Source: an uncultured delta proteobacterium | GTDB lineage: Bacteria > Myxococcota_A > Polyangia > Fen-1088 | Assembly: GCA_963767925.1 (NCBI GenBank) | Contig: CAVYGB010000008.1 | Coordinates: 1,408,001-1,472,000, forward strand | Direction of reading: 5' to 3' | DNA length: 64,000 nt | Shown here: one piece after another, positions 30,801-39,170 of the stretch | Numbering within the stretch: position 1 is the first letter of the stretch | Layout: each line of letters opens with the position of its first letter | Made by a program: the position numbers and the translations under genes | The notes under the pieces: generated by a model | Database searches by the model: none | The model's input: the letters and a program-made list of their open reading frames with translations, nothing else | What the model was told of the DNA's origin: nothing

Positions 30801-32642
30801 CCCGAGCTGCTCGCGGAGGGCATCGCCGAGGCGCACCAGCATCGCCGCGTGGCGCTCCCGGTCGGTCAGGGTGTTGCGGGAGAGCAGATCGGCCAGCTCG
30901 GCGTGACGACCCTGGCTGGCGTAGAGGTCGGCCAGGACCGAGACGCTCTCGGGATCTTCGCCGAAGCGGGTGGTGATCTCCCGCCAGGTCTCGGTGGCTC
31001 GGGGCAGATCGCCCAGGCGATCCCGGGCCACCGTGGCGACCTCGATCAGGTCGGCCCGGATCTGGTGGGGCGGCACCGGGGCGGCGACCCGCCGGCGCAG
31101 GACATTGATCAGCTCTTGCCAGCGTGCGGCCGAAGCCAGCAGGCGGGTCTCCGCTTCCAGCGCCTCGAGGTCGGCCGGATCCTGGCTCAGGCGGGCCTCC
31201 CAGGCGGCCAGCGCCCGCTCGACCTCACCCAGCTTGGCGGCCAGCTCGGCGGCGCGCGCCCACACCAGCCGCTGCTCGCCGCGCCGGGGCTCCACGGCCG
31301 CCAGGCGCTCGAGGGCCGAGAGCCGCTTGCCGTCTTCCCCCAGCTCGCCGTGGAGCTCCTCGAGCCGGCGCAGGGCCTCCACCCGCAGCTCGGCGGGTGC
31401 GGCCCGATGGGCGATCGCCTCTTCGAGCAACGAGGCCGCCTCGGCCCGGTTGCCGAGCTGGCGGTCGTGCACCCGGGCCGCGCGCACCAGCAGCTCGATG
31501 CGCCGATCGACGGACGCGCCGGCCGCCGCTGCGGCGTTCAGGCCGCGCGCCAGCCGGGCCGGCTCCCCGGCGATCTCGGCGAGCTGCCGCAGGCGATCCT
31601 CGTATTCCCGCTCCTCGGGGGCCAGGCAGGCGAGGGCGGTGTACTGGTCGATGGCTCCGCCGGTGTCACCGAGCGCGAACAGGCGCTCGCCGCACTCCCG
31701 GCGCAGCGATCGCAGCTCCTGCCCCTGGGAGAAGCGGATGGCGACCTGGAGCAGCTCGGGGATGCGCGCCTTGCGGCCCGCGCCGTCGTGGCGCTCGCGC
31801 AGGAGCTGCAAGGCCGACAGCCGGCTCGCAGCCGGGGCCGCGTCGTCGCCCAGGATGCGCTCGAGCAGCTCGGCGAGGGGGCTGTCGTCCGGCTCCTCGG
31901 GCAACAACCGCCGGACCTGGGCCAGAGCCTCCTCGGTCTTTTGCAGCTTCTCGTACAGGGCCGCCGCCACCCGGCGCTGCAGATCGCGGGCCTGGGCGCC
32001 GGTGAGCGCCTCCGCGCGCTGCCGCCAGAACGGTACGAGCTCGGCCCAGCGCCCCTGCCGCTCGAGCAGCCGCTCGAGCGAGGAGGCCACCTGGATGTCC
32101 GAGGGGCGGAGCTGGAAGAGCTGGTCGAGGTAACCGATCGCGCGGGCCTGGTCCGCGACGAAGTCCTTGGCGATGTGGGCCGCCTCGGCCAGCAGCTCCC
32201 GGCGCCGCCCCAGATCTTTGGTGGCCGCCAGGCGGGCGTCGTGGGCGTCGAGCAGCGCGGGCCACCGCTCGGTCATGGTCAAGGCGACGCTCAGGTGCTC
32301 GAAGGCCCAGTCCGCGCCCGGCTGGACCTTCATCACGTGGCCCAGCAGATCGATGACCGGATCGGTGTTATCGCCGAAGCAATCCGCGGCGAAGCGCACC
32401 ATCCGCCGAGCGAGCTGCGCCCGGATCGGCTCGGGCAGCTCCCCCTCGAGCTGCGAACGGTAGAGCCCTATCAGCTGCTGGCGCGCCCGGTCGGACCCCG
32501 CCGCGTCCTCGAGGTTCTCCCAGACCGCCTCGTCGCCCGGCTTCGCGGTGCCTTCGCGCATCGCATCGGCAAAGAGATCCGCAGGAAAATCAGCATCCTG
32601 CTCGCGCGACGATTCACCCCTGGACTTACGTTTCACCACCAC
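24804..32642 (-). CDS. Giant TPR-repeat protein (2,612 aa, AgmK-like)
   Basis: Uninterrupted ORF of Ala/Leu/Glu/Arg-rich TPR-like repeats with recurring W..LA..L and DP....AL patterns. Confidence 0.9.
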   Translation of the reverse strand: MVVKRKSRGESSREQDADFPADLFADAMREGTAKPGDEAVWENLEDAAGSDRARQQLIGLYRSQLEGELPEPIRAQLARRMVRFAADCFGDNTDPVIDLLGHVMKVQPGADWAFEHLSVALTMTERWPALLDAHDARLAATKDLGRRRELLAEAAHIAKDFVADQARAIGYLDQLFQLRPSDIQVASSLERLLERQGRWAELVPFWRQRAEALTGAQARDLQRRVAAALYEKLQKTEEALAQVRRLLPEEPDDSPLAELLERILGDDAAPAASRLSALQLLRERHDGAGRKARIPELLQVAIRFSQGQELRSLRRECGERLFALGDTGGAIDQYTALACLAPEEREYEDRLRQLAEIAGEPARLARGLNAAAAAGASVDRRIELLVRAARVHDRQLGNRAEAASLLEEAIAHRAAPAELRVEALRRLEELHGELGEDGKRLSALERLAAVEPRRGEQRLVWARAAELAAKLGEVERALAAWEARLSQDPADLEALEAETRLLASAARWQELINVLRRRVAAPVPPHQIRADLIEVATVARDRLGDLPRATETWREITTRFGEDPESVSVLADLYASQGRHAELADLLSRNTLTDRERHAAMLVRLGDALREQLGQAEGAITWYGRALEVDPGQARAREGLSALLADAARAPAAADVLARAASRTDSWELLLDLLPHRLAGTADPIERVRLLQEAAVRAEVRAGDKARAFEWLCQALPLAATDLRLAGEVLRLAEPTGGFARAAQALGEAMASAGAPPLLVAELAEQRGALLESRLEDPAGARASYAAGLAVLPHRLELRQGLVRTAARLGLWPEAAAALTDPAVSPGVREGVLLPLYEAVAGETDRVGPAAAALSEAVERRSELPAGIRRDLHLRAARTFLDRCGDRAAAAAAVERAGAGDPRHVPTLRLRADVLRASPDRRLWETLSQLAVEEPGNLDPLREAAELALGKLADPALARTTLDRLWVESVRLLRLATPAGGQSSAAEAAEYALEQLVSLQVAGGEPAAVRRATALLLEAGRLDFPAEKRRAWVQRAAELTESALGDRPGAIPIWRLLHEELPASAPVREALARLYEQEQRYGEGVALRTAELETVEDLDRRLALRLEIVRLEGLSEKKTSPSEILRANLGERAGHVPSVGKLSEVLLQRGRAEELAGVLEQQARLLEDRGEASPSAALWAQLARLAEQTLASPARAVTAWERVTRLEATCEALDALGALETASGDFPTAAAWLDRRLNMTEGEARTEVTARLARAHLAAGQRHRAVACLERALGDWPRAEGLRTMLADLYRAADAREQLARVLAEGCEYVEDETAFVTHARAAADLYAQLGLLARAVPVLEKAVRLQPTDEGLRSALAEGLSQSGRQEEARTLLLELIEEAGWRRSRKRAGLHERLARVAREMGDLPFALEHLEQASSMDASNPAILVPLAEVAESTGAVERAERAYRALLMLRRKDAAPAEGTAGPRSGLAITEVLLRLSDLASRRDQKEQAAELLDSALAAAMGDAAEAETLQRALLERGSHEALARLFEKRREHTAGSPAEGEVYAQMAESLRAQGRLADAFEAQILAIQAAPEREHLQETAVALARAHGKVDDLVKRLLTLASRHRRRPDAEVAAGLLLRAAQLCEVDLGDGERALDLYRRADETGAQSAEIWSALGRLAEKRGDLAESARMVGLLQQRAAEAPTPEAAADILYRAAALQLPRSETREAGIASLALALGKSQQVDRAMEIVAGAGLGQADLVKLLPLYERVARSSGDERMLFDYLDRRAANPAVSAAEVREAVDLAVALGRNDRIEDLLLRLAELAGQQPETRAEVTWALLELVHRKKAAGDFEGAARNLDRVAEVLDSDRLLALVRELSERAARAGNLRLGAQLLERLRARTPADEAIWRPLAAHYMESGDREGVDRLVAETLPLLVEPARRSELRVARARFLLGRDDRDAAAAESLRDVLLDEPRHLEALTLLAAYYERLGSETDLVDLLDQSFELRTETGDREGAVEAALRLGDVLERAGSDRVGPVYERALRVAPGHRELLRRLLARTPSAEMTAEKATLLEELLTVEAEGQGAALVRLLAEVWGRLGDEPAVRRVLERGCALSPGDAGLSSQLEQWYRTHDAWAPLADLLASEASRQQDAGEGAALLCEAATLRASRLADGPGALALLRQARQRAPEDQDVFAQLARAMAAEGDRAGAVAEVKAALDTPGLSGPRRLALLLLCAELHSRAGDRRAAVAALQEAHQVSPQDAFNSLADALVAWRTEAMAGEDAEAARDATLTLAELLRARGALAEARQFVLELLGRTKVPDARALRLAGELAEAAGDLEGALATTVRMSPLLEGSARVDAAERAADLAERVGRPAEATAPLEAALAANPGEARLINRLAQIYERGGDSSKLAMLLFDEAHRCPDPDQRYGYLLRAGALLVQAGDTSIAAKALEEAQALRPGDPDVQLLLSDAHALAGELQEAANLLQPLIAAHKGKASPALATLYVRLSRIAARAGDGKTELSALSRALDADKKNGALATELADRAEALEDYDLATKALRIITVHQAAGSLSTAVAFLRQAKIAHRRGETDRAVLFARRAVQEAAQDDPVAAESQEFLKNVGAG

Positions 32643-32784
32643 ATCCCCCTACGGTCGACCTTGTCCAGGAATCGACCGATGGGGGCGAAGGTTGAGGGGA
32701 CCGGGCCGGTGTGTCGAGGGCCACCCTTGCCGGCACGGATCGCAGGACCCATAGGAACGAGACAACGCAATCCGGCTGAAGATC

Positions 32785-33182
32785 ATGAACCACTGGGGGC
32801 TCGGAATCGAACTCCCGCGAGGTCCTCGTCGTCGACGACGACTGGGACGTACAGGACGCCCTCAGCGAGACGCTGCAGGACGCTGGTTTCAAGGTCCGCT
32901 GTGCGACGAACGGGGTCGAGGCCCTCGACTACCTTCGGGAGAATCCCGCGCCAGACGCGATCTTGCTCGACCTGTTCATGCCGGTGATGAATGGCTGGGA
33001 CACGTCTCGCGCCCTGCAGGGCGCGCGGGAGCTCGAGCACCATCCCGGTCATCGTCATCACCGCGAGTGAGCCCTACTGGGGCTATCCCCCGGGGCACGT
33101 CCTGCGCAAGCCGATCGACCGGGACAAGCTGATCAGCGCGGTCCGGAAGGTCATCGAAGACCGTCCCGACTTGCCCTCCTGA
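32785..33182 (+). pseudogene. Single-domain response regulator (CheY-like) with two apparent +1 insertions
   Basis: The middle frame reads EVLVVDDDWDVQDAL...PDAILLDLFMPVMNGW. The ATG at 32785 is one base out of frame, and TIPVIVITAS...LRKP continues after a second shift near 33036. This may be sequencing error. Confidence 0.8.
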
Positions 33183-33195
33183 GCGGGCAAGCCCG

Positions 33196-34068
33196 TCAGG
33201 CGGGTTCCGCGACCCCGAGGAGCACGGTCAGCCTCGACAGCGCGTCGCCGGCCCGCCAGGGCAGCCGGGCGCAGGCGAGGGCGTCGGCGCGGGTCGGTCC
33301 CAGGTTGACCAGCCCGATGTTCATGCCCCGCTCCCGGGCCCGCAGCGCGAACCGGTAGCCGGAGTAAACCGTCAGCGAGGAGCCCACCACCAGCAGCGTA
33401 CGGGCCGCGTCGATGAGGGCCCAGGCCGCCTCGACGGTCGAGCGCTCAACGCTCCCGCCGAAGAACACGACGTCGGGCTTGAGCACGCCGCCGCAGGCGA
33501 GGCAGGCCGACACCCGGAAGCTGGCCACCTCGGCGTCGGGCAGATCGGCGTCGCCGTCGGGCGCCAGGGAGGCCGCCCGATCGAGCCAGCCCGGGTTGGA
33601 CCGCAGCAGCCGCTGCTGGAGCGCGGCCCGCGCCTCGAAGCCACCGCAGGCCAGGCAGACCACGTCCGCCAGGGCGCCGTGCAGCTCGACAACCCGCTGG
33701 CTGCCGGCCCGCTGGTGAAGGCGATCGACGTTCTGGGTGATGAGCCCGGTGACGATGCCCGCTCGCTCCAGCGCCGCCAGCGCGCGGTGGGCGGCGTTGG
33801 GCTCCGCCGCGGAGAACCGGGCCCAGCCGAGGGTGGCCCGGGCCCAGTAGCGCTGGCGGACCTCGGGCCGGCGCAAGAAGGCGTCGTGCTGGATGGGTCC
33901 CCGGGGCCGCGCCGGTCGGCCAGCCCCCCGGTAGTCGGGGATCCCGGACTCGGTGCTGCAGCCCGCGCCGGTCAACACGACGACGCTCCCGGGGGCCAGC
34001 AGCCCATGCAGGCGCGCCAGCCCGTCGGAGCTCGCGTCGTCTTCCGGAGCGGCAGCCGGCTGGGCCAT
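33196..34068 (-). CDS. NAD-dependent protein deacylase, Sir2 family, class II (SIRT4-like)
   Basis: GAGCSTESGIPDYR, RQRYWAR, TQNVDRLH, ELHG, two CxxC pairs, APDGDADL, LKPDVVFFG and GSSLTVYSGYRF. Confidence 0.95.
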   Translation of the reverse strand: MAQPAAAPEDDASSDGLARLHGLLAPGSVVVLTGAGCSTESGIPDYRGAGRPARPRGPIQHDAFLRRPEVRQRYWARATLGWARFSAAEPNAAHRALAALERAGIVTGLITQNVDRLHQRAGSQRVVELHGALADVVCLACGGFEARAALQQRLLRSNPGWLDRAASLAPDGDADLPDAEVASFRVSACLACGGVLKPDVVFFGGSVERSTVEAAWALIDAARTLLVVGSSLTVYSGYRFALRARERGMNIGLVNLGPTRADALACARLPWRAGDALSRLTVLLGVAEPA

Positions 34069-34095
34069 CGGCTCCAGCATGCCAGAATCTTCCAC

Positions 34096-35949
34096 CTAGA
34101 AAGCGGCCTGCACGTCGGTGACCGGATCCTTGAGGTAGATCTTCTGGCGCCAGGGTTTCTGTCCGGGCAAGCGGGCTTCGACGCGCACCGTCTCGAACCG
34201 CGAGACAGTGACGGTCCGCGGACCGCGGCCGACCCGGTTGCCGTTCACCTTGAACATGGCGCCAGCCGGAGCGGACGAGAGCTGGAGCTGAGCGACGGGC
34301 CGGGAGAGACGGGCCGACACCGACACCGGGGCGTCGGGACCCGCCTCCAGAGCGACCGTGGCGGGGAGGTAGCGGGGATGGGTGAGCGTCACGCTGGCGG
34401 CGCCGCAGGGGACCGCGGTGCGCGCCAGCGGCGTGCGACCGAGGGTGATCCGGCCGAGCGTCACGATCGCTCCTCTGGGCTGCGACTCTATGCGCGCCCG
34501 GCAGTTGCGCGGTCCTTGCGCCACCGGAGCGCTGGGGGCCGCCTCCGACTCGGCCGGGCGGGGCCGCTCCGCGGGCGCGGCCCGGGCGGCCGGCGCGGCC
34601 GGCGGGCCTGGATCCGCTGCGGGTATCGGCTCGGCGACCGGAATCGGTGGCGCGGGCTGGGCGGGCGGCGCGGGCGCCGCCAGCGAGGTGTTCACGGCGA
34701 CCTGGGTGTGGGAGGGCCGGTTGATCCGCATCCAGGCCACGAAGGCGACGAGCAGGCCCACGCCGGCGGCCAGGGCCAGGGGCGCCACCCGCCGGCGGCG
34801 CGCGGGTCGCACCTCCTCGGACGCGACCGGCGCTCGATCGGCGGTGGCGGCGTGGCGGGAGGAGGCGCGCGGGACCACGCCCTGCGAGGCCGACTCACGG
34901 GCGAAGCTGGCCGGCGGCGGGTCGGGCAGGGGCGGGGGAGCCGGGGCCCGCGCGAAGGCCAGGGTCTGCGCGTTGCCCACGTCCTGGTCCCAGGACAGCG
35001 CCGCTTGCGGTCCCGACGGTGGTCCCGCCGGCGCGATCGGCTCGTAGAGGTGAGGAGCCGGTGGGAGATCGGGGTTCTCGAGCGGCTCGGGGACCCGGGC
35101 CAGCGCCAGCCCCTGCCCCGACTGGTAGCGGGCGCGCATCTCCGCCTCGGCTGCGTGCACCATCACGTCGGCGCGTACATCCTCGCGCGTGTCCTCGAGC
35201 GGCTCGGACGCGCTGAAGGCCGGATCGTCGAACTCCATCGGATCGGGCGCCCGCACGACCGCGACCGGAATGGTGGGCATCATCGGACCTGGATCCAACG
35301 GCTCGACCGGCCTGTCGTCGAAGGGAACCCGCAGGCTGGGCCGCGGTCCGGCGGGGGTCGTCGATCGGGAGGGCGGGACCGGGACCAGCGGGGGCCTCGG
35401 CAGCGGGTCGATCGGTGGCTCGCGGACAGGAACGCCGTCGAACGGCCGGGAGACCGGCTTGCTGGGCGCAATGCCGTTGATGGTCTTCGTCATGCGGGCC
35501 GGCTCGCCCGGCGCCGCTCCGGCACCTCCCACCCCGGCGCCACCTACCCCGGCGGCGAGGGCTCGCCGGCGGCGCGCGGCCAGCTCGTCGCGGAGCGCGC
35601 GGCTGGGCTCGTCGATGTCCTTGATCGTGAACCGCACCCCGCTCTTGCCGAGCGGCCCGGTCGGTCCCGTCAGGAGCTCGGTGGCCTCACCAATGCCAGC
35701 GAGCACCACCGTGCCATCGGCCAGCGCCACCTGGAAGCGAACGAGCTGTCCCAGCTCGAACGCCAGCTTGGTCGGGATGAACAGCGTGTTCTCCTCGACG
35801 AAGGGCGCAAATGACCGAAGAAAGTCCTCGCGAGAGACGCACTTGGTGGCGACGTTGCAGATGCGAGGTGGCCGCTCCAGCTTCGTGCCCGGGGTCGGAC
35901 GGCCAGGCTGGCCACCGGGCGGGGGAGATGTGGGTGTCGAAGACAACAC
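34096..35949 (-). CDS. Bitopic membrane protein: PilZ/TIGR02266-like N-terminus, Pro-rich linker, TM helix, C-terminal PEGA repeats
   Basis: LFIPTK...VRFQVALADG...GVRF, TM LALAAGVGLLVAFVAWM, IESQPRGAIV...LGRTPL and LSSAPAGAMFKVNG. Confidence 0.75.
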   Translation of the reverse strand: MLSSTPTSPPPGGQPGRPTPGTKLERPPRICNVATKCVSREDFLRSFAPFVEENTLFIPTKLAFELGQLVRFQVALADGTVVLAGIGEATELLTGPTGPLGKSGVRFTIKDIDEPSRALRDELAARRRRALAAGVGGAGVGGAGAAPGEPARMTKTINGIAPSKPVSRPFDGVPVREPPIDPLPRPPLVPVPPSRSTTPAGPRPSLRVPFDDRPVEPLDPGPMMPTIPVAVVRAPDPMEFDDPAFSASEPLEDTREDVRADVMVHAAEAEMRARYQSGQGLALARVPEPLENPDLPPAPHLYEPIAPAGPPSGPQAALSWDQDVGNAQTLAFARAPAPPPLPDPPPASFARESASQGVVPRASSRHAATADRAPVASEEVRPARRRRVAPLALAAGVGLLVAFVAWMRINRPSHTQVAVNTSLAAPAPPAQPAPPIPVAEPIPAADPGPPAAPAARAAPAERPRPAESEAAPSAPVAQGPRNCRARIESQPRGAIVTLGRITLGRTPLARTAVPCGAASVTLTHPRYLPATVALEAGPDAPVSVSARLSRPVAQLQLSSAPAGAMFKVNGNRVGRGPRTVTVSRFETVRVEARLPGQKPWRQKIYLKDPVTDVQAAF

Positions 35950-36016
35950 CCCTTCATCGGCGGGGTCCCTCAGGTCATTTAGGCGGTTTTTTTCGACCCG
36001 AGGCTGGCGCGCGCGG

Positions 36017-36412
36017 TCAGCCCACCTCGCGCAGGAGACGGGTCAACGCGGTGGCCAGCGCGGGGGAGTACTGGATGCCACCACTGGCCAGCAGGTACGC
36101 GAACCGGATCAGGCGCGCGACGCTCTTCAAGCCCTGCCGCCGGCGGTCGGCGACGCGGGCGCCGGCATGGTCGAGCGCGACCAGCCAGCAGTACCCGCGC
36201 GCAGAGGCCCGCACCAGTCGGATGGCCGCCGCGCGATCGAGCCGGACGCCGGGCACGTCGGTCCGGGCGAGCGCCGCCGCACCGGAGCCGAGGAGGGGGC
36301 AATGTCCCCGGCGCAACCCCCGCCGCCCCGAGACGGTCCGCGACGGCCAGCGCCGCCGCTCGCAAGGCAAACCGCTCGGCCGGCGCAGCTCCCGACGGAC
36401 CATCCTGGCCAA
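36017..36412 (-). CDS. Hypothetical basic protein
   Basis: Fills the gap between co-oriented genes and has a helical-looking C-terminus. No recognisable motif. Confidence 0.35.
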   Translation of the reverse strand: MARMVRRELRRPSGLPCERRRWPSRTVSGRRGLRRGHCPLLGSGAAALARTDVPGVRLDRAAAIRLVRASARGYCWLVALDHAGARVADRRRQGLKSVARLIRFAYLLASGGIQYSPALATALTRLLREVG

Positions 36413-36469
36413 ACTCTGGTTCTACCGGGATGTCCCGGCCATCCGGCCGCGACCCGAGTTTGCGCCGAA

Positions 36470-37237
36470 CTATTTCGCAGGCCGGCGGCGGTCCTCACGC
36501 ATCCAGCGCTCACACAGGCGATGCAACCGCGAGGTGGCGGGCAGGCCGGGCTCGTCGGTCTCGCCCAGCTCCGGCACGGCTCCGATCTCGTCAAAGCAGC
36601 GCAGGCCACCCCGTCCCAGGTACATCAGGTGGGTCGCCCAGTCCTGCAGGCCGTCGAGCACGTGGGTGGCGTACACGGTGGTCACCCCTCGATCGGCGCT
36701 CTCCCGGCGCAGGAACCGGAGCAGGTCGGCCCGGGCCAGGATGTCGAGATCGGCGGTCACCTCGTCGAGCAACACCAGCCGCACCGAACGTTCGAGATCG
36801 AGAAGGATCTGGACCCTGCGCCGCTGTCCATCCGACACCTGATGCATGCGCCAGCCCCGGTCCACCTCCAGCACGTCGATGAGGTGGGCGCGCCGGCCGG
36901 GATCGGCCTGGGGTCGACCGGCCAGGATCTCCGCCACCGAGATGTCGGCCACGAAGGGAAAGGCGCCCCCCAGAAAGGCGACCTCGCCGGCCAGCGTGGT
37001 GTCGTGAAACGCCGGCCGCCCGAACACCTCGACCATCGCGGCCGGCAGCAGGAAGCGACCGGCCAGCAGGCGCAAGAGCGTGCTCTTGCCGACTCCGTTG
37101 CCCCCGAGCAGAAGACAGCGGGCACCCGGGGGTATGACCAGAGTCAGACCATCGAACACCGCCGACCCGCTTCCGGGGTAAGCGAAGCGAAGCTGTCGCA
37201 GCTCGACGGCCGGGGGAATGGCGCTCGAGGTTGACAT
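36470..37237 (-). CDS. Single-domain ABC ATPase, CAF16/ABCI20-like
   Basis: Walker A GGNGVGKS, signature region WRMHQVSDGQRRRVQI, Walker B LLDEVTADLD and YATHVLDGL..WATHL. Confidence 0.9.
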   Translation of the reverse strand: MSTSSAIPPAVELRQLRFAYPGSGSAVFDGLTLVIPPGARCLLLGGNGVGKSTLLRLLAGRFLLPAAMVEVFGRPAFHDTTLAGEVAFLGGAFPFVADISVAEILAGRPQADPGRRAHLIDVLEVDRGWRMHQVSDGQRRRVQILLDLERSVRLVLLDEVTADLDILARADLLRFLRRESADRGVTTVYATHVLDGLQDWATHLMYLGRGGLRCFDEIGAVPELGETDEPGLPATSRLHRLCERWMREDRRRPAK

Positions 37238-37322
37238 GGTTGGCCGCTTCCTAGCGCCCCGGGACCGCGACGTCCACTCCCGCTCGTGATATATGGGAGC
37301 CGACCGGTCCGGAGCACAGCGC

Positions 37323-39137
37323 GTGTACAAGTCGTCGCGATCCCTTCGCGTCCCGCTCGCGGCCCTGCTGCTGGCGGGGTGCGTGCACTCGGCCGGACGC
37401 CACCGGATCGACAGCAACCCCGTCGCCTGCCGGAGCCGCGCCGACGCCGGCGCCTTCGCGTTCGAGAAGGTCGCCCCCTGGCGCGACGACGCCACCGCGG
37501 CCTACGCCATCGTACACGACGACCTGTGCAGCCCGGAGCTCCGAGGCATCGACCAGATCGCCGTCCCCGCCCTCGAAGCCCGGGGCCTCACCGCCACCAT
37601 GGGCGCCATCGTCGGCCATTGCGACGAATACAAGCTGTGGGGCCTGGTGCGGGACCTGGAGCGGCGGGGCCACGAGATCGGGAACCACTCGTTCAGCCAC
37701 GTGGTCATCCGGCCGGGCAACGTCGACCGCGAGGTGATCGAGTCCAAGCGCCTCCTCGACGCTCACCTGGCCCGGCCGGTCTCGTTTTTTCTTTTTCCCT
37801 ACGACGATTTCGCTCGGCACACCGTCGAGCTGGTGGAGCGCGCCGGGCATCCCTTCGTGCGGGCGGGCGCCCGGGACGACAACGACGGCCTCGAGAATCC
37901 CCCGGTCAACGGCGCGGAGCCCGGCAACGACCTGGCTCTGGAGTTCGACGCCTGGCCCCGCGCCTTCTCGAAATACGCGCTCTATCCAGAGAAGGACATC
38001 CTCAACGTTCACGTCTGGAACGCCATCGAGCGGCGAGGCTTCGCCATCCGCGAGCTGCACAGCGTGACCCGCCAGGACCGGGCGCCGCCCACCGGAGAGG
38101 GGTTCTTCCCGGTGCCGCTCCCGATCTACGAGGCGCACCTGGATTTCCTGGTCAACGCCTGGAAGGCCAACCAGCTCTGGACCAGCACCACCTCGGCCAT
38201 CGTGCGCTACCGCCGGGCCCGCCAGGCCTGTCCGGCCGCGCTGGCCGGGGCGACCGTCGCCTTCGACCTGTCGAACCCCGATTGCCCCCGGTACGCCACG
38301 CCCCTGAGCGTCGTCGTCCGGACCGAACGCGATGTCCCCGGCCTGGCCGCGCTCCAGGCCGGCCGCCCGGTCTTCACCCGCAAGCTCGGCCCCGGCCGGT
38401 TCAGCGTCACCGCCGATCCGACCGCCGGCCAGGTGGACCTGGCGGGGTGCACGACCGCCTCGGTTGGCGTCGATCCCAGCGTGGCCCTCCCCAGGAAGCC
38501 CGCCCCGGCAACCTCGGTGTGTGTGCTGGAGAGTGTCCGGGGCCCCGGCGGCCGCGCCTCGCTGATGGACGACTTCGAGCGGGGGCCCGAGCTGCTGCAG
38601 CTCCTCCCCAACCCGGGCCAGCGCGACGGCCGCGACGGCACCTGGTCCTGGTACCCGCCCGCCACCGTGGCCGCGACGATCCTCCAGGAGGGGAGCAACC
38701 GGCTGTTGCGGTACGCGGCCCAGGGCCTGGGCGGGAGCGCCGGGGTGGCCCTGGCCTTCCTGGGCGGCAGCGGAGCGGGGAGCTGCTACGACGCGACCGC
38801 CTACCGGGGCCTGCGCTTCCGGATTCGCGGCAGCGCCAGCTCGGACAGCCCCGCCGCCGCCGGCAAGGTCATCGTCAGCCTGGTCACGGCCGAGACGCAG
38901 AGCCTGCGCTACGGGGGTGACCTGCGGGGCAGCGGCGGCCACTTCCACGCCGAGGTGCCCGTGAGCCGCGAGTGGCGTCAGGTGTCCCTGACCTGGGAAC
39001 GCTTTCGCCCGCCGACCTGGGGCGATACCGCCGCCATGACCCGGCTCGCCCTCGGCAAGCTGCAGGCCATCGACTGGGGCATCTCGCGGGAGGTGTCGAC
39101 CTTCCAGATCGACCTCGACGACATCGAGCTCTTCTAG
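37323..39137 (+). CDS. Lipoprotein polysaccharide deacetylase (NodB/CE4) with C-terminal CBM11/CIA30-like domain
   Basis: Lipobox LLAGC, HDD, HEIGNHSFSH and FPY; C-terminal YDATAYRGLRFRIRG...WRQVSLTW...FQIDLDDIELF. GTG at 37323 with a GGAG RBS. Confidence 0.85.
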   Translation: MYKSSRSLRVPLAALLLAGCVHSAGRHRIDSNPVACRSRADAGAFAFEKVAPWRDDATAAYAIVHDDLCSPELRGIDQIAVPALEARGLTATMGAIVGHCDEYKLWGLVRDLERRGHEIGNHSFSHVVIRPGNVDREVIESKRLLDAHLARPVSFFLFPYDDFARHTVELVERAGHPFVRAGARDDNDGLENPPVNGAEPGNDLALEFDAWPRAFSKYALYPEKDILNVHVWNAIERRGFAIRELHSVTRQDRAPPTGEGFFPVPLPIYEAHLDFLVNAWKANQLWTSTTSAIVRYRRARQACPAALAGATVAFDLSNPDCPRYATPLSVVVRTERDVPGLAALQAGRPVFTRKLGPGRFSVTADPTAGQVDLAGCTTASVGVDPSVALPRKPAPATSVCVLESVRGPGGRASLMDDFERGPELLQLLPNPGQRDGRDGTWSWYPPATVAATILQEGSNRLLRYAAQGLGGSAGVALAFLGGSGAGSCYDATAYRGLRFRIRGSASSDSPAAAGKVIVSLVTAETQSLRYGGDLRGSGGHFHAEVPVSREWRQVSLTWERFRPPTWGDTAAMTRLALGKLQAIDWGISREVSTFQIDLDDIELF

Positions 39138-39170
39138 CGAAGCGCCTCGCGCCCTGTCCTGCGTGCTGGC

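Noticed and set aside
33196..34068. Sir2 protein as an anti-phage NADase (Thoeris/DSR type)
   Set aside because: It has the zinc-binding CxxC pairs and class II deacylase motifs, and no defence partners.
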